DNA from: Sphingopyxis sp.
Lineage (GTDB): Bacteria > Pseudomonadota > Alphaproteobacteria > Sphingomonadales > Sphingomonadaceae
Direction of reading: 5' to 3'
Assembly: GCF_040216815.1 (NCBI RefSeq)
Contig: NZ_JAVJOJ010000001.1
Location: 129,229 to 193,228, forward strand
Length of the DNA stretch: 64,000 nucleotides
The first letter of the stretch is position 1. The number at the start of each line of letters is the position of its first letter. The position numbers and the translations under genes are program-made. Shown here one piece after another: positions 39,043 to 49,659 of this stretch. The notes under the pieces are model-generated. The model saw nothing but the letters and a program-made list of their open reading frames with translations, was not told where the DNA came from and ran no database searches.

Positions 39043-41232
39043 TCAGGCCGCTTTCCAGTCCTCTGTGGTCGTGAATGTCGGCAGTGCGAGCGCACTCGTC
39101 GGCTGCGCTGCGGCTGCGATCAGATAGGGCGATACCCGGTGACGGGTGCATAGCCCGCCATTGCCGTCGCTCACCATCGTCTGTTCGAATTCGATCCCCT
39201 GCTGGTGTTTCGTTGATCGGCGCACCGTGGCCGTAACGAGCTGACCTTCGCCGAAATCAATCACGAAGCGGGTGCCGATCGGCACGTCCAGAATGCCTTC
39301 GATGAAGGCACCGGTAGCCGACAGGTTGCGAATGACGACGGCATAGCGATGATTGTCATGGATCGCCGTTACCTTGCGGAACATCGAAAAGCGGTCGTTG
39401 CGCTGGCGCGCGGGGCCCGAAGGCTTGATCGTCCACGACCCCGCCTCGCCATGGCGAACGACCTCGGCCGAGGGTACGGGCTTGCTGTAGATATAGCCCT
39501 GCACATGGCTGACGTTGAGTTTGCGAACGAGGGCGAGTTGGTCGAGCGATTCGATCCCTTCGGCTGTCGTTTCCATATCGAGCGCTTCCGCCAGCGCCAC
39601 GATCGCCGCGATGATCGCACCGTTGCGCGACCCCGCTTCGGTCGCGCCGCGCACGAAGCTCTGGTCGATCTTGATCTTGTCGAACGGTGCCGACTGCAGA
39701 TAGCCGAGCGACGAATAGCCGGTACCGAAATCGTCGAGCGCGAGCCGCACGCCAAGGTCCTTCAGCGCCTTGAACATCCGATTGGTTTCGGCCGTATCGC
39801 CAAGGAACACGCTTTCGGTAATCTCGAGCTCCAGCCGGTCCGGCGACAGCCCGCTCGCCGCGAGCGCCCTGGCGACGACTTTCGGCAACTCGGGATTCGC
39901 GAACTGGATCGGCGATACATTGACGGCGACGCGCATCTCGCCCGGCCAGCTTGCCGCATCCTCGCATGCCTTGAGCAACACCCATTCACCCAGCGGCCAG
40001 ATGAGGTTCGTTTCCTCGGCGATCGGAACGAATAGCGCCGGCGAGATATGGCCCCTGTCGCGGTGGGTCCAGCGAATGAGCGCCTCGACCCCCGTTACGA
40101 CATTCGATCCCGCGTTGACGACGGGTTGATAACCGATCGAAATCTCCCCGCGCGTCAGCGCATCGCGCAAATCTTCTTCGAGGACCCGGCGATCCTCGGC
40201 CGCCTGGTGCAGATCGCTCGAATAAAAAGCGAAGCGGCCGCGCCCGTTCCCCTTGGCTGCATAGAGCGCGAGGTCGGCATTGCGCACCAGATCGTCGCTG
40301 CTCTGTCCGTCGAAGGGCGCGATCGCCACGCCGACCGACGCGCCGATGATGCAGCGGCTGCCTTCGACCGAATAGGGTTGCGTCAGGCTGGCGATGATGT
40401 CCGCCGCCATTTCGCCCAATTCCCCGCGATCCTCGATATCGGGAAGGATGATCTGGAACTCGTCGCCGCCGAGGCGGCTGACCATTTCCTTGTCGCCCAC
40501 AATCTTCAGCAACCGTTCGGCAACCTGTTTGAGCAGCGCATCACCGGCGGGATGGCCCAGCGTGTCGTTGACCTGCTTGAAACGGTCGAGGTCGAGCAGC
40601 ATGATCGCGCACGGCCGCTGCTGCTGGGAAAAGGCCGCGAGCGTCGAGTCGAGCTTTTTGGAGATGTTGAAACGGTTGGCAAGACCGGTGAGCGAATCAT
40701 AAAGGGCAAGGCGCGATGCATCCTCCGCCGACCGGCGCTGCGCTGTGATGTCGATCCCGCTGCCGCGATAGCCCGCAAAGCGGCCATTGGCATCGAGCTG
40801 CGGCCGCCCCGACACCGCCCACCAACGATCGTCCCCTTCAAAGGCGCCGCGCAATGGCAGGTCGTCGAACTTCGACTGGCGCGTCATCAGAAAGGGCAGG
40901 GTGCGTTGGCGTTCGTCATGGCTGTCTGCGGGCAGGAACAGTTCGACAAAGGGCGTACCGATCAGCGACGCCGCCGGACGCCCCATCATTTGCGCCACCG
41001 CATCGGTGATATAGGTGATCCGCCCCTCGGTGTCGGTCGACCAGAACCAGCCGCGGCCGCTTTCTTCATAATTTCGAAGGAGGAGCAACGCCTCGCGCGT
41101 TTGCATTTCCGCTGCGGCATCGGTCCCGGGCTTGCGTCTGCGCGTGCCGATCAAGCCGAAAAAGCCGCGCTGGCTCTCGTCGGCGCCATGCTCGGTTGGT
41201 TCGACGCATTCGATCCGCGATGGCATGTCCAT
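39043..41232 (-). CDS. PAS-GGDEF-EAL-PilZ c-di-GMP protein
   Basis: PAS (WFWSTD), RLGGDEF, VEAL, LDDFGTGYSS, KIDQSF and AEGIE motifs; C-terminal NLSATG PilZ. Confidence 0.9.
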   Translation of the reverse strand: MDMPSRIECVEPTEHGADESQRGFFGLIGTRRRKPGTDAAAEMQTREALLLLRNYEESGRGWFWSTDTEGRITYITDAVAQMMGRPAASLIGTPFVELFLPADSHDERQRTLPFLMTRQSKFDDLPLRGAFEGDDRWWAVSGRPQLDANGRFAGYRGSGIDITAQRRSAEDASRLALYDSLTGLANRFNISKKLDSTLAAFSQQQRPCAIMLLDLDRFKQVNDTLGHPAGDALLKQVAERLLKIVGDKEMVSRLGGDEFQIILPDIEDRGELGEMAADIIASLTQPYSVEGSRCIIGASVGVAIAPFDGQSSDDLVRNADLALYAAKGNGRGRFAFYSSDLHQAAEDRRVLEEDLRDALTRGEISIGYQPVVNAGSNVVTGVEALIRWTHRDRGHISPALFVPIAEETNLIWPLGEWVLLKACEDAASWPGEMRVAVNVSPIQFANPELPKVVARALAASGLSPDRLELEITESVFLGDTAETNRMFKALKDLGVRLALDDFGTGYSSLGYLQSAPFDKIKIDQSFVRGATEAGSRNGAIIAAIVALAEALDMETTAEGIESLDQLALVRKLNVSHVQGYIYSKPVPSAEVVRHGEAGSWTIKPSGPARQRNDRFSMFRKVTAIHDNHRYAVVIRNLSATGAFIEGILDVPIGTRFVIDFGEGQLVTATVRRSTKHQQGIEFEQTMVSDGNGGLCTRHRVSPYLIAAAAQPTSALALPTFTTTEDWKAA

Positions 41233-41467
41233 CAAATTCAACTCTTTACCCTGTTCCCCACTGCGGCCGCTATGCCCGCAATCCCTTGCCAGAGAGTAAA
41301 TATCTAAGTGTTTGTCCCGAAATGCGACGAACGAATAGGTCAAGTTTTGAACGGGTCGACTGTGCCGCCGGCGACAAGGCTCGCGGGGTTGCCGGCTCGG
41401 ATCGCCGTACCGCATTAACCTTGTCCTAGAACAGAATGTTAAGGCTGTGGTCGCGATGGGAGCGCGC

Positions 41468-42136
41468 ATGGCGATGACCGTTTATCTCAACGACACTCCG
41501 CGCGCCGCCGGCAAGGGTCGCGCATCGCGGCGCCAGCTGCGGCTGCCGCTCCACGGGTCAAAGGCGACCGGCACCGAAATCGAAGCGCTGGTCCACAATC
41601 TGTCTGCGACAGGGATGCTGGTCGAAAGCGAGGCGGCTTTCGACATCGGCGAGGTGATCGAAGTCAATCTGCCGCATAGCGGGAAAACCGCCGCAAAAAT
41701 CATCTGGACGAGCGCGCGGCTTGCCGGATGCCAGTTCGAAATGCCGATCTCGCCTGCAACGCTGAGCGCGGCGCAGCTGCGCAGCGTCGTCGTCGAACCG
41801 GAGGGCCAGCCGATCGAAGCGGGCACTCCGGCTTCGATCGAGACCTTTGGCGGCCGACTTCAGCGGCTGCGCGTGGCGCGGGAATTAACGCAAGGTCAAC
41901 TGGCAACCCAGCTCGGCGTCAGCGAGCCGTCGATCTCCGCCTGGGAGCTCGACAAAGCGCGGCCCAAGGCGGGCCGCATGGAAGCGCTGTCGGAAGCACT
42001 GGGCGTCGAGGTTTCCGAACTGCTAGGTTTCGACGGTTCCGAAACGCTCGGCACGCTTGTCGCCCGCGCCAAGCAGCAAATCGCGCGCGCCGCCGGCATC
42101 GGCGTCGATGGGGTACGGATCACAATCGAAATTTAA
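41468..42136 (+). CDS. PilZ domain - XRE helix-turn-helix transcriptional regulator
   Basis: RASRR-x21-NLSATG PilZ; LTQGQLATQLGVSEPSISAWE HTH; start uncertain (41456, 41468 or 41474). Confidence 0.85.
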   Translation: MAMTVYLNDTPRAAGKGRASRRQLRLPLHGSKATGTEIEALVHNLSATGMLVESEAAFDIGEVIEVNLPHSGKTAAKIIWTSARLAGCQFEMPISPATLSAAQLRSVVVEPEGQPIEAGTPASIETFGGRLQRLRVARELTQGQLATQLGVSEPSISAWELDKARPKAGRMEALSEALGVEVSELLGFDGSETLGTLVARAKQQIARAAGIGVDGVRITIEI

Positions 42137-42191
42137 GGATCGAAAAGGGCTCGACCCCGACGCCGTGCGCTCCCCGACAGAGCGATGCGAT

Positions 42192-43262
42192 CTACGCCGA
42201 ACGGTCGCTGTGACGCGGCAAAAGCAGGCTGGCGTCGCCATAGCTGTAAAAACGATATTCGGCGGCTATCGCGTGCGCATAGGCTGCCTGCATCGTCTCC
42301 AATCCCATCAACGCGCTGACGAGCATGAAGAGCGTCGAGCGTGGCAGATGGAAATTCGTCATCAGCCCGTCGATCGCCCTGAAGCGATAGCCGGGGGTGA
42401 TGAAGATCGACGTGTCGCCTGCAAAGGGTACGATGGCACCGTCTTCGCGGGCGGCGCTTTCGAGCAGGCGCAGGCTGGTCGTGCCGACCGCGATCACGCG
42501 GCCCCCTTCGGCGCGCACGGCGTTCAGCCGCGCCGCCGTCTCGGCTTCGATGCGCCCCCATTCGGCGTGCATGACATGATCGTCGGTATCGTCGGCCTTG
42601 ACCGGAAGGAAAGTGCCCGCGCCGACATGAAGCGTCAGCGTCTCGGTCTTCACGCCGGCCGCGATGAGCGCTTCGATCAGGCCGGGGGTGAAGTGGAGCG
42701 CCGCCGTCGGCGCGGCCACCGCGCCGTCACGCTGTGCGAACATCGTCTGATAGTCGTCGCGATCGGCTTCGTCCGTCCCGCGCCTGCCCGCGATATAGGG
42801 CGGGAGCGGCATCGTGCCCGCGCGTTCGAGGAGCAGTTCGACGGGCTCGTCGCCTGCGAACGCGAGAATGAAGCTGCCGTCCGCGAGCCGCTCTTCGGCC
42901 AGCGCTTCGACCCCCGCACCGAAATCGATCGTTTCGCCGACCCGCAGCCGCTTGGCGTTACGCACGAACGCCTGCCAGCGGCGCAGGTCGACGCGCTTGT
43001 GCAAGGTCGCGCCGATTTTGGCGCCCTGCGCGCCCTCCTCGCCCCGGCCGCCTCGATGTCCTTCGAGCTGCGCCGGGATCACACGCGTGTCGTTGAAAAC
43101 CAGGCAGTCGCCGGGACGCAGCCATTGCGGCAGGTCGCGTACACCGGCGTCGCTGATCTCGCGGCCTTCGACCACCAGCATCCGCGCCGCGTCGCGCGGG
43201 CGCGCGGGGCGGAGTGCGATGCGTTCGCTGGGAAGATCAAAGTCGAAGGCGTCTACGCGCAT
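42192..43262 (-). CDS. queA: S-adenosylmethionine:tRNA ribosyltransferase-isomerase
   Basis: [34 protein letters not shown] and YGDA motifs. Confidence 0.95.
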   Translation of the reverse strand: MRVDAFDFDLPSERIALRPARPRDAARMLVVEGREISDAGVRDLPQWLRPGDCLVFNDTRVIPAQLEGHRGGRGEEGAQGAKIGATLHKRVDLRRWQAFVRNAKRLRVGETIDFGAGVEALAEERLADGSFILAFAGDEPVELLLERAGTMPLPPYIAGRRGTDEADRDDYQTMFAQRDGAVAAPTAALHFTPGLIEALIAAGVKTETLTLHVGAGTFLPVKADDTDDHVMHAEWGRIEAETAARLNAVRAEGGRVIAVGTTSLRLLESAAREDGAIVPFAGDTSIFITPGYRFRAIDGLMTNFHLPRSTLFMLVSALMGLETMQAAYAHAIAAEYRFYSYGDASLLLPRHSDRSA

Positions 43263-43287
43263 AAAGGTTCGCGCGCCTTCCCGCGGA

Positions 43288-44094
<807 letters not shown>

Positions 44095-44180
44095 GCTGGA
44101 TCGGCCTCTGTATAACATTCCGGAATTGCGCCCCGTCGGGCGCCACTAGCGGGAAAAAGCTGAACGCTCAATGGATGGCG

Positions 44181-44687
44181 TCACGCCTCGCCTTGACGAA
44201 GCCCGCGCTCGGCGATGCGCGCGACGACCGCCTCGCGCACCGCCGGCGTCACAAATTTGTGGATCGCCCCGCCAAAGATGGCGATTTCCTTGACCAGCCG
44301 CGACGCGATCGGTTGCAAGCCCACGTCGGCCATCAGGAACACCGTTTCGATGCGGTCGTTCAATTGCTGATTCATCCCCGCCATCTGATATTCATATTCG
44401 AAGTCGGCGACGGCGCGCAGCCCGCGAACGATGACCGTGGCGCCTTCGCGTTCCGCAAAATCCATCAGCAGCGAGTTGAACCCGACGACCTGAATATCGC
44501 CCTCGATAGCCTCGACCTCGCGCTTCACCATCGCGATGCGTTCGTCATCGTCGAACATCGGCGATTTGGTGATGTTCGTCGTCACCCCGATGACCAGACG
44601 ATCGACCAGCTTCGCCCCACGCCGGATGATGTCCATATGGCCGAGCGTGATCGGATCGAACGTCCCCGGATAAACCCCCACCCGCAT
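44181..44687 (-). CDS. coaD: Phosphopantetheine adenylyltransferase
   Basis: YPGTFDPITLGH and RGLRAVADFEYE motifs. Confidence 0.95.
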   Translation of the reverse strand: MRVGVYPGTFDPITLGHMDIIRRGAKLVDRLVIGVTTNITKSPMFDDDERIAMVKREVEAIEGDIQVVGFNSLLMDFAEREGATVIVRGLRAVADFEYEYQMAGMNQQLNDRIETVFLMADVGLQPIASRLVKEIAIFGGAIHKFVTPAVREAVVARIAERGLRQGEA

Positions 44688-45586
44688 TATCGGTCCCTTT
44701 CCACGACATAGCGCGCGATCGCGCGCAGCAGCGCGGCCTCGTCGCCAAAGCTGCCCAGATGGGCGATCGCCTGTTCGACGAGCAGCGTCGCCTGTTCGCG
44801 CGCGCGTTCGATCCCCATAAGGGTCACGAACGTCGCCTTGCCCGCGGCGTCGTCCTTGTGCAGCGCCTTGCCCGCCAGCGCCTCGTCCCCTTCGACATCC
44901 ATGATGTCGTCGGCGATCTGAAAGGCGAGCCCGATGTCGCGCGCATATCCGCGCAGCGGCCGCCGTCCCTCGGCGGGGATGCGCGCCAGTATCGCGCCTG
45001 CCTCGACCGAAAAGGCGATCAGCGCGCCGGTCTTGAGCTGCTGGAGCCGCGTGACCGTGAGCAGGTCAAAATCGGCGGTTTCGGCGGCAAGGTCCATCAT
45101 CTGCCCGCCCGCCATGCCCGCGGGACCGGCGGCGCGTGCGAGTTCGCAGCACAGTTCGGCCCGGACGAAAGGGTCGGCACTCGTCGCCGGATCGCACAGC
45201 CATTCAAAGGCGAGCGCGTGGAGCGAATCGCCCGCCAGCACGGCGGTCGCCTCGCCGAACGCCTTGTGCGTCGTCGGCTTGCCGCGGCGCATCTCGTCAT
45301 CGTCCATGCACGGCAAATCGTCGTGGATCAGCGAATAGACATGCATCGCCTCGACCGCCGCGCCGACACGCAGCGTCAGCGACCGGTCGACATGGAACAG
45401 GTCGCCCGCGGCGCGAACCAGCAGCGGGCGCAGCCGTTTGCCCCCTGCGATCGCGGCATAGCGCATCGCTTCATAAAGCGGCCCGCGCGGATCGGCCGGG
45501 ACGGCTAGCCATTTGCCGAACAAGGCATCGATCCCGTCGGCGACTTCGGCCTGCGTGGCGCGGAGCAAATCCGCACCGCGCGCCAT
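44687..45586 (-). CDS. ispA: Farnesyl-diphosphate synthase
   Basis: GKRLRP, LIHDDLPCMD and FQIADD motifs; start may be the GTG at 45607. Confidence 0.92.
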   Translation of the reverse strand: MARGADLLRATQAEVADGIDALFGKWLAVPADPRGPLYEAMRYAAIAGGKRLRPLLVRAAGDLFHVDRSLTLRVGAAVEAMHVYSLIHDDLPCMDDDEMRRGKPTTHKAFGEATAVLAGDSLHALAFEWLCDPATSADPFVRAELCCELARAAGPAGMAGGQMMDLAAETADFDLLTVTRLQQLKTGALIAFSVEAGAILARIPAEGRRPLRGYARDIGLAFQIADDIMDVEGDEALAGKALHKDDAAGKATFVTLMGIERAREQATLLVEQAIAHLGSFGDEAALLRAIARYVVERDR

Positions 45587-45612
45587 ATCGCCTCCGACCA
45601 ACGCCACGCCCG

Positions 45613-45876
45613 TCAGCCCTCGCCAAAGCTTGTGGTTCCCGCCGGCCGGCCGTCGGCAGCCAGGCTGACCTGCTCGATCCGCGCCTGCGCGGCGGCGAGC
45701 CGTGCCTCGCAATGGCTGCGCAGCGCGTGACCGCGCTCATAAAGATTGACCGATTCTTCAAGGCTGACGTCCCCGCTTTCGAGCCGTCGGACGATCGTTT
45801 CCAGCTCGCCCATCGCGGCTTCGAACGACAGCGATGCGATGTCCGCCGGGGCGGCGGTGTCGGGGGTGTCCGTCAT
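45613..45876 (-). CDS. xseB: Exodeoxyribonuclease VII small subunit
   Basis: SFEAAMGELETIVRRLESG..SLEES...YERG pattern. Confidence 0.92.
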   Translation of the reverse strand: MTDTPDTAAPADIASLSFEAAMGELETIVRRLESGDVSLEESVNLYERGHALRSHCEARLAAAQARIEQVSLAADGRPAGTTSFGEG

Positions 45877-46123
45877 GCGCCTGCTTTGGCCCCTTCGCCC
45901 CCCCGTGGTCAAGTGCGGTCGGTCTGGATCTCGCCCGCCAACATCCCGAATGCGGCGCTTTTCTTTCGCTCCCCTCGGCGGGTCACTTCTTATCGCTTCC
46001 CGTCCGCGCAAATGCGGTTCCGCTTTTTGCAATTGCGCCGCGCGGGTGCGCGAGCCATGTTGCATTGCACAAGAAGAGAGGGGCTCGAAGGCAAGTTTTG
46101 TTACAGAAACAAGGACTTGCACC

Positions 46124-46420
46124 ATGAAAAAGATCATTCTTCCCGCGCTCGGCCTGCTCGCGCTGGCACCTGCCACAGCCGTTGCCAAGGACGCCGAGGT
46201 CAAGCGTTTCCAGCACGACGGCGCAACCTACAGCTACACCGTCACCCAGGTCGGCGACACGCGCGTGATCACCGGCGTCGAGGAGCGCACCGGCAAGCCG
46301 TTCACGCTGCGTGTCGGCGAGCACCGCGTCCGCGGCACCGTGGGATCGCAGCAGGTGAGCTTTCCGCTCCGCGCTGTCGAGCCGCTGAAGGCCGACAAGA
46401 CGACGCTCGCCTCGCGCTGA
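46124..46420 (+). CDS. Small secreted beta-rich hypothetical protein
   Basis: RBS AAGGA, MKK signal peptide with AVA cleavage site, typical codon usage. Confidence 0.75.
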   Translation: MKKIILPALGLLALAPATAVAKDAEVKRFQHDGATYSYTVTQVGDTRVITGVEERTGKPFTLRVGEHRVRGTVGSQQVSFPLRAVEPLKADKTTLASR

Positions 46421-46439
46421 ACCCCACTCCGACGGCAGA

Positions 46440-46467
46440 CTCCTATCGCCCGAAAAGGCGATATGGG
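46440..46467 (+). terminator. Putative terminator hairpin
   Basis: CCTATCGCC-CGAAAA-GGCGATATGG. Confidence 0.45.
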
Positions 46468-46505
46468 GTCTGTTCGTTTCGCGCCGGTGCGGCTAAAGGC
46501 GCGCC

Positions 46506-48749
46506 ATGACTCAGCCAGCGCCCGCCATCACCCCCGAAATCGTCGCCGAACACGGCCTGTCTTCCGAAGAATATGACCGCGTTCTTGCCGCGCTCGGGCG
46601 CGAGCCGAACCTTGTCGAACTCGGCATTTTCTCGGTCATGTGGTCCGAGCATTGCAGCTATAAGAGCTCGCGCATCCATTTGAAGAAACTGCCGACCGAG
46701 GCGCCGTGGGTGATTTGCGGCCCCGGCGAGAATGCGGGCGTCATCGACATCGGCGAAGGGCCGGACGGCAAGAAGCTCGCCGCCATCTTCAAGATGGAGA
46801 GCCACAACCACCCGAGCTACATCGAACCCTATCAGGGGGCGGCAACCGGGGTCGGCGGCATTTTGCGCGACGTCTTCACCATGGGCGCGCGCCCCGTCGC
46901 GAATTTGAACGCGCTGCGCTTCGGCCGGCCCGACCATCCGAAGATGCGCCATCTGATTGCGGGCGTGGTCCACGGCATCGGCGGCTATGGCAATTGCGTC
47001 GGCGTGCCGACCGTCGGCGGCGAGGTCAATTTCCACAAGGCCTATGACGGCAATATCCTCGTCAATGCGATGACGGTCGGCGTGGCCGAGCAGGACAAGA
47101 TTTTCTATTCGGCGGCGAGCGGCGTCGGCAATCCGATCGTCTATGTGGGTTCCAAGACCGGCCGCGACGGCATCCACGGCGCGACGATGGCGTCGGCCGA
47201 CTTCGGCGAGGATGCCGAGGAAAAGCGCCCGACCGTCCAGGTCGGCGACCCCTTCACCGAAAAGCTGCTGATCGAGGCGTGCCTCGAGCTGATGGCGTCC
47301 GACGCGATCGTCGCGATCCAGGACATGGGCGCCGCGGGCCTGACCAGCTCGTCGGTCGAAATGGCGTCGAAGGGCGGCGTCGGCATCCACCTCAAGATGG
47401 ACGATGTGCCGCAGCGCGAAACCGGCATGACCGCCTATGAGATGATGCTGTCCGAAAGCCAGGAACGCATGCTGATGGTGCTGAAGCCCGGCAAGGAAGA
47501 GTTTGCGAAAGCGATCTTCGAGAAATGGGAGCTCGACTTCGCGGTCATCGGCACGGTCACCGACACGGGACGCATGGTGCTGGAACATAAGGGCGAGATC
47601 GTCTGCGACATCCCGCTCGCTCCGCTCGCCGACGACGCGCCGCTCTATGACCGGCCGCATGTTCCGACGCCAAAGCAGGCCGACCTCGGCGACGTTCCCG
47701 AAACGGCCGACGTCGCCGCAGACCTCAAGACCTTGATGGGCACCCCCGACATCGCCAGCCGCCGCTGGATCTGGGAGCAATATGACAGCCAGGTCGGCGG
47801 CGACACGGTGCAGACGGGGGGCGACGCCGCGCTCGTCCGCATCCACGGCACGAACCGCGCGCTCGCGATGAGCACCGACTGCACCCCGCGCTATTGCTAC
47901 GCCGATCCGTTCGAGGGCGGCAAGCAGGCGGTCGCCGAAACGTGGCGCAACATCAGCGCGGTCGGCGCGACCCCGCTCGCCATCACCAACTGCCTCAACT
48001 TCGCCAACCCGCAGCGTCCCGAGATCATGGGGCAGATCGTCGGCTGTCTCGACGGCATGGCCGAGGCGTGCCGCGCGCTCGACTATCCGATCGTTTCCGG
48101 CAACGTCAGCCTCTATAATGAATCGAAGGCGACCGGCGGCGGCAGCGCGATCCTGCCCACCCCTGCGATCGGCGGCGTCGGCGTGATCGACGATCTGTCC
48201 AAAGCGATCGGCATCGGTTTCAAGCGCACCGGCGACATCGTGCTCGCGGTCGGCGAGCGCATGGGCCACCTCGGCCAGTCGGCGTGGCTGCGCGAAATCC
48301 ACGGGCGCGAGGAAGGCCCGCCCCCGCCGGTCGACCTCAAGGCCGAAAAGCGCACCGGCGACTTCATTCGGGCCAGCATCAATGCCGGCTGGATTACCGC
48401 CTGCCACGACGTCTCCGACGGCGGCGTCGCGGTCGCGCTCGCCGAAATGGCGCTGAAGTCGGACATCGGCGTCCTCGTCAGCGAAGAACAACCCTTCGGC
48501 ATCGCCGAAAGCTTCTTCGGTGAGGATCAGGGCCTTTATCTCGTCACCGTCTGCGACACCTGCCTTGCCGACTTCCTCGACGCCGCGAACCGCGCGGACG
48601 TGCCGGTCGACCCGCTCGGCCGCACAATCAAGGACCGCATCGTCTTCGAACTGCCCGAGAGCGATCATCAGGTGACGCTGGCTGCGTTGCGCGACGCACA
48701 TGAGACCTTCTTTCCCAAGCTGATGGGGGCCGACGCGGCGCTGGCGTAA
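46506..48749 (+). CDS. purL: Phosphoribosylformylglycinamidine synthase subunit PurL
   Basis: [27 protein letters not shown] and SESQERM motifs. Confidence 0.96.
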   Translation: MTQPAPAITPEIVAEHGLSSEEYDRVLAALGREPNLVELGIFSVMWSEHCSYKSSRIHLKKLPTEAPWVICGPGENAGVIDIGEGPDGKKLAAIFKMESHNHPSYIEPYQGAATGVGGILRDVFTMGARPVANLNALRFGRPDHPKMRHLIAGVVHGIGGYGNCVGVPTVGGEVNFHKAYDGNILVNAMTVGVAEQDKIFYSAASGVGNPIVYVGSKTGRDGIHGATMASADFGEDAEEKRPTVQVGDPFTEKLLIEACLELMASDAIVAIQDMGAAGLTSSSVEMASKGGVGIHLKMDDVPQRETGMTAYEMMLSESQERMLMVLKPGKEEFAKAIFEKWELDFAVIGTVTDTGRMVLEHKGEIVCDIPLAPLADDAPLYDRPHVPTPKQADLGDVPETADVAADLKTLMGTPDIASRRWIWEQYDSQVGGDTVQTGGDAALVRIHGTNRALAMSTDCTPRYCYADPFEGGKQAVAETWRNISAVGATPLAITNCLNFANPQRPEIMGQIVGCLDGMAEACRALDYPIVSGNVSLYNESKATGGGSAILPTPAIGGVGVIDDLSKAIGIGFKRTGDIVLAVGERMGHLGQSAWLREIHGREEGPPPPVDLKAEKRTGDFIRASINAGWITACHDVSDGGVAVALAEMALKSDIGVLVSEEQPFGIAESFFGEDQGLYLVTVCDTCLADFLDAANRADVPVDPLGRTIKDRIVFELPESDHQVTLAALRDAHETFFPKLMGADAALA

Positions 48750-48760
48750 CAATCCCACCT

Positions 48761-48885
48761 TGTCATTCCGGCCCTTCGACTGCCTTGCAGGCGCTCAGGA
48801 TAAACTTCCGCCCTTGGCAGGAGGCCGGAATCTCGCCGGTGTGGCATAACGCGACGATGAGATCCCGGCCTTCGCCGGGATGACG
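48761..48885. repeat. CGTC-type REP doublet with a nested insertion
   Basis: TGTCATTCCGGC-[~48 nt]-AGGCCGGAATCTC ... GAGATCCCGGCCTTCGCCGGGATGACG. Confidence 0.8.
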
Positions 48886-48908
48886 ATATTGGTGGAGGTT
48901 ACAAACTC

Positions 48909-49655
48909 ATGAGCATCCATATCGGCGTCGGCGGCTGGACCTACGAACCGTGGCGCGGGACCTTTTACCCGCCGAAGCACCCGCAAAAGCGCGAACTTGA
49001 ATATGCCGGCCAGCATCTGACCGGCATCGAGATCAACGGCACCTATTATGGCAGCCAGAAGCCCGAAAGCTTCGTGAACTGGGCCGCATCGGTGCCCGAC
49101 GGCTTCAAGTTCAGCGTCAAGGCGTCGCGTTTCACGACCAATCGCAAGATATTGAAAGAAGGGAACGCGTCGATCGAAAAATTCCTGGGCCAAGGCCTGA
49201 CCCGTCTCGGCGACCGGCTCGGGCCGATCCACTGGCAGTTCATGGCGACCAAAAAATTCGATCGCGACGATTTTGCGGGCTTCCTCGACCTGTTGCCCGA
49301 CGCGCAGGACGGCCTCCCGCTACGCCACGCGATCGAGGTCCGCCACGAAAGTTTCCGCGATCAGGCGTTCATCGACCTGCTTCGCGAGCGGAACATGGCG
49401 GTGGTGTTCGCCGACAGCGACGAATTTCCCTGCATCGACGAACAGACCGCCGACTTCACCTATGCACGGCTCCAGCGGTCGCAGGAAGACATCGAAACCG
49501 GTTATGACGCCAAGGCGCTCGACGGCTGGGCAAAGCAGGCGCTCGACTGGGCCAGGGGCGACCGCGACGTCTTCCTCTTCTTCATATCGGGCGCGAAAGT
49601 TCGCAACCCCGCCGCCGCGCAGGCGCTGATCGCCAGGGTTCAGAACGAAGGCTGA
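48909..49655 (+). CDS. DUF72 domain protein
   Basis: IGVGGW.Y..W...FYP, IEINGTYY and AIEVRH motifs. Confidence 0.88.
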   Translation: MSIHIGVGGWTYEPWRGTFYPPKHPQKRELEYAGQHLTGIEINGTYYGSQKPESFVNWAASVPDGFKFSVKASRFTTNRKILKEGNASIEKFLGQGLTRLGDRLGPIHWQFMATKKFDRDDFAGFLDLLPDAQDGLPLRHAIEVRHESFRDQAFIDLLRERNMAVVFADSDEFPCIDEQTADFTYARLQRSQEDIETGYDAKALDGWAKQALDWARGDRDVFLFFISGAKVRNPAAAQALIARVQNEG

Positions 49656-49659
49656 CGGA

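Noticed and set aside
41415-41442. CtrA box in the PilZ/GGDEF divergent promoter
   Set aside because: The TTAA elements are 20 bp apart, not 7; kept only as an unassigned inverted repeat
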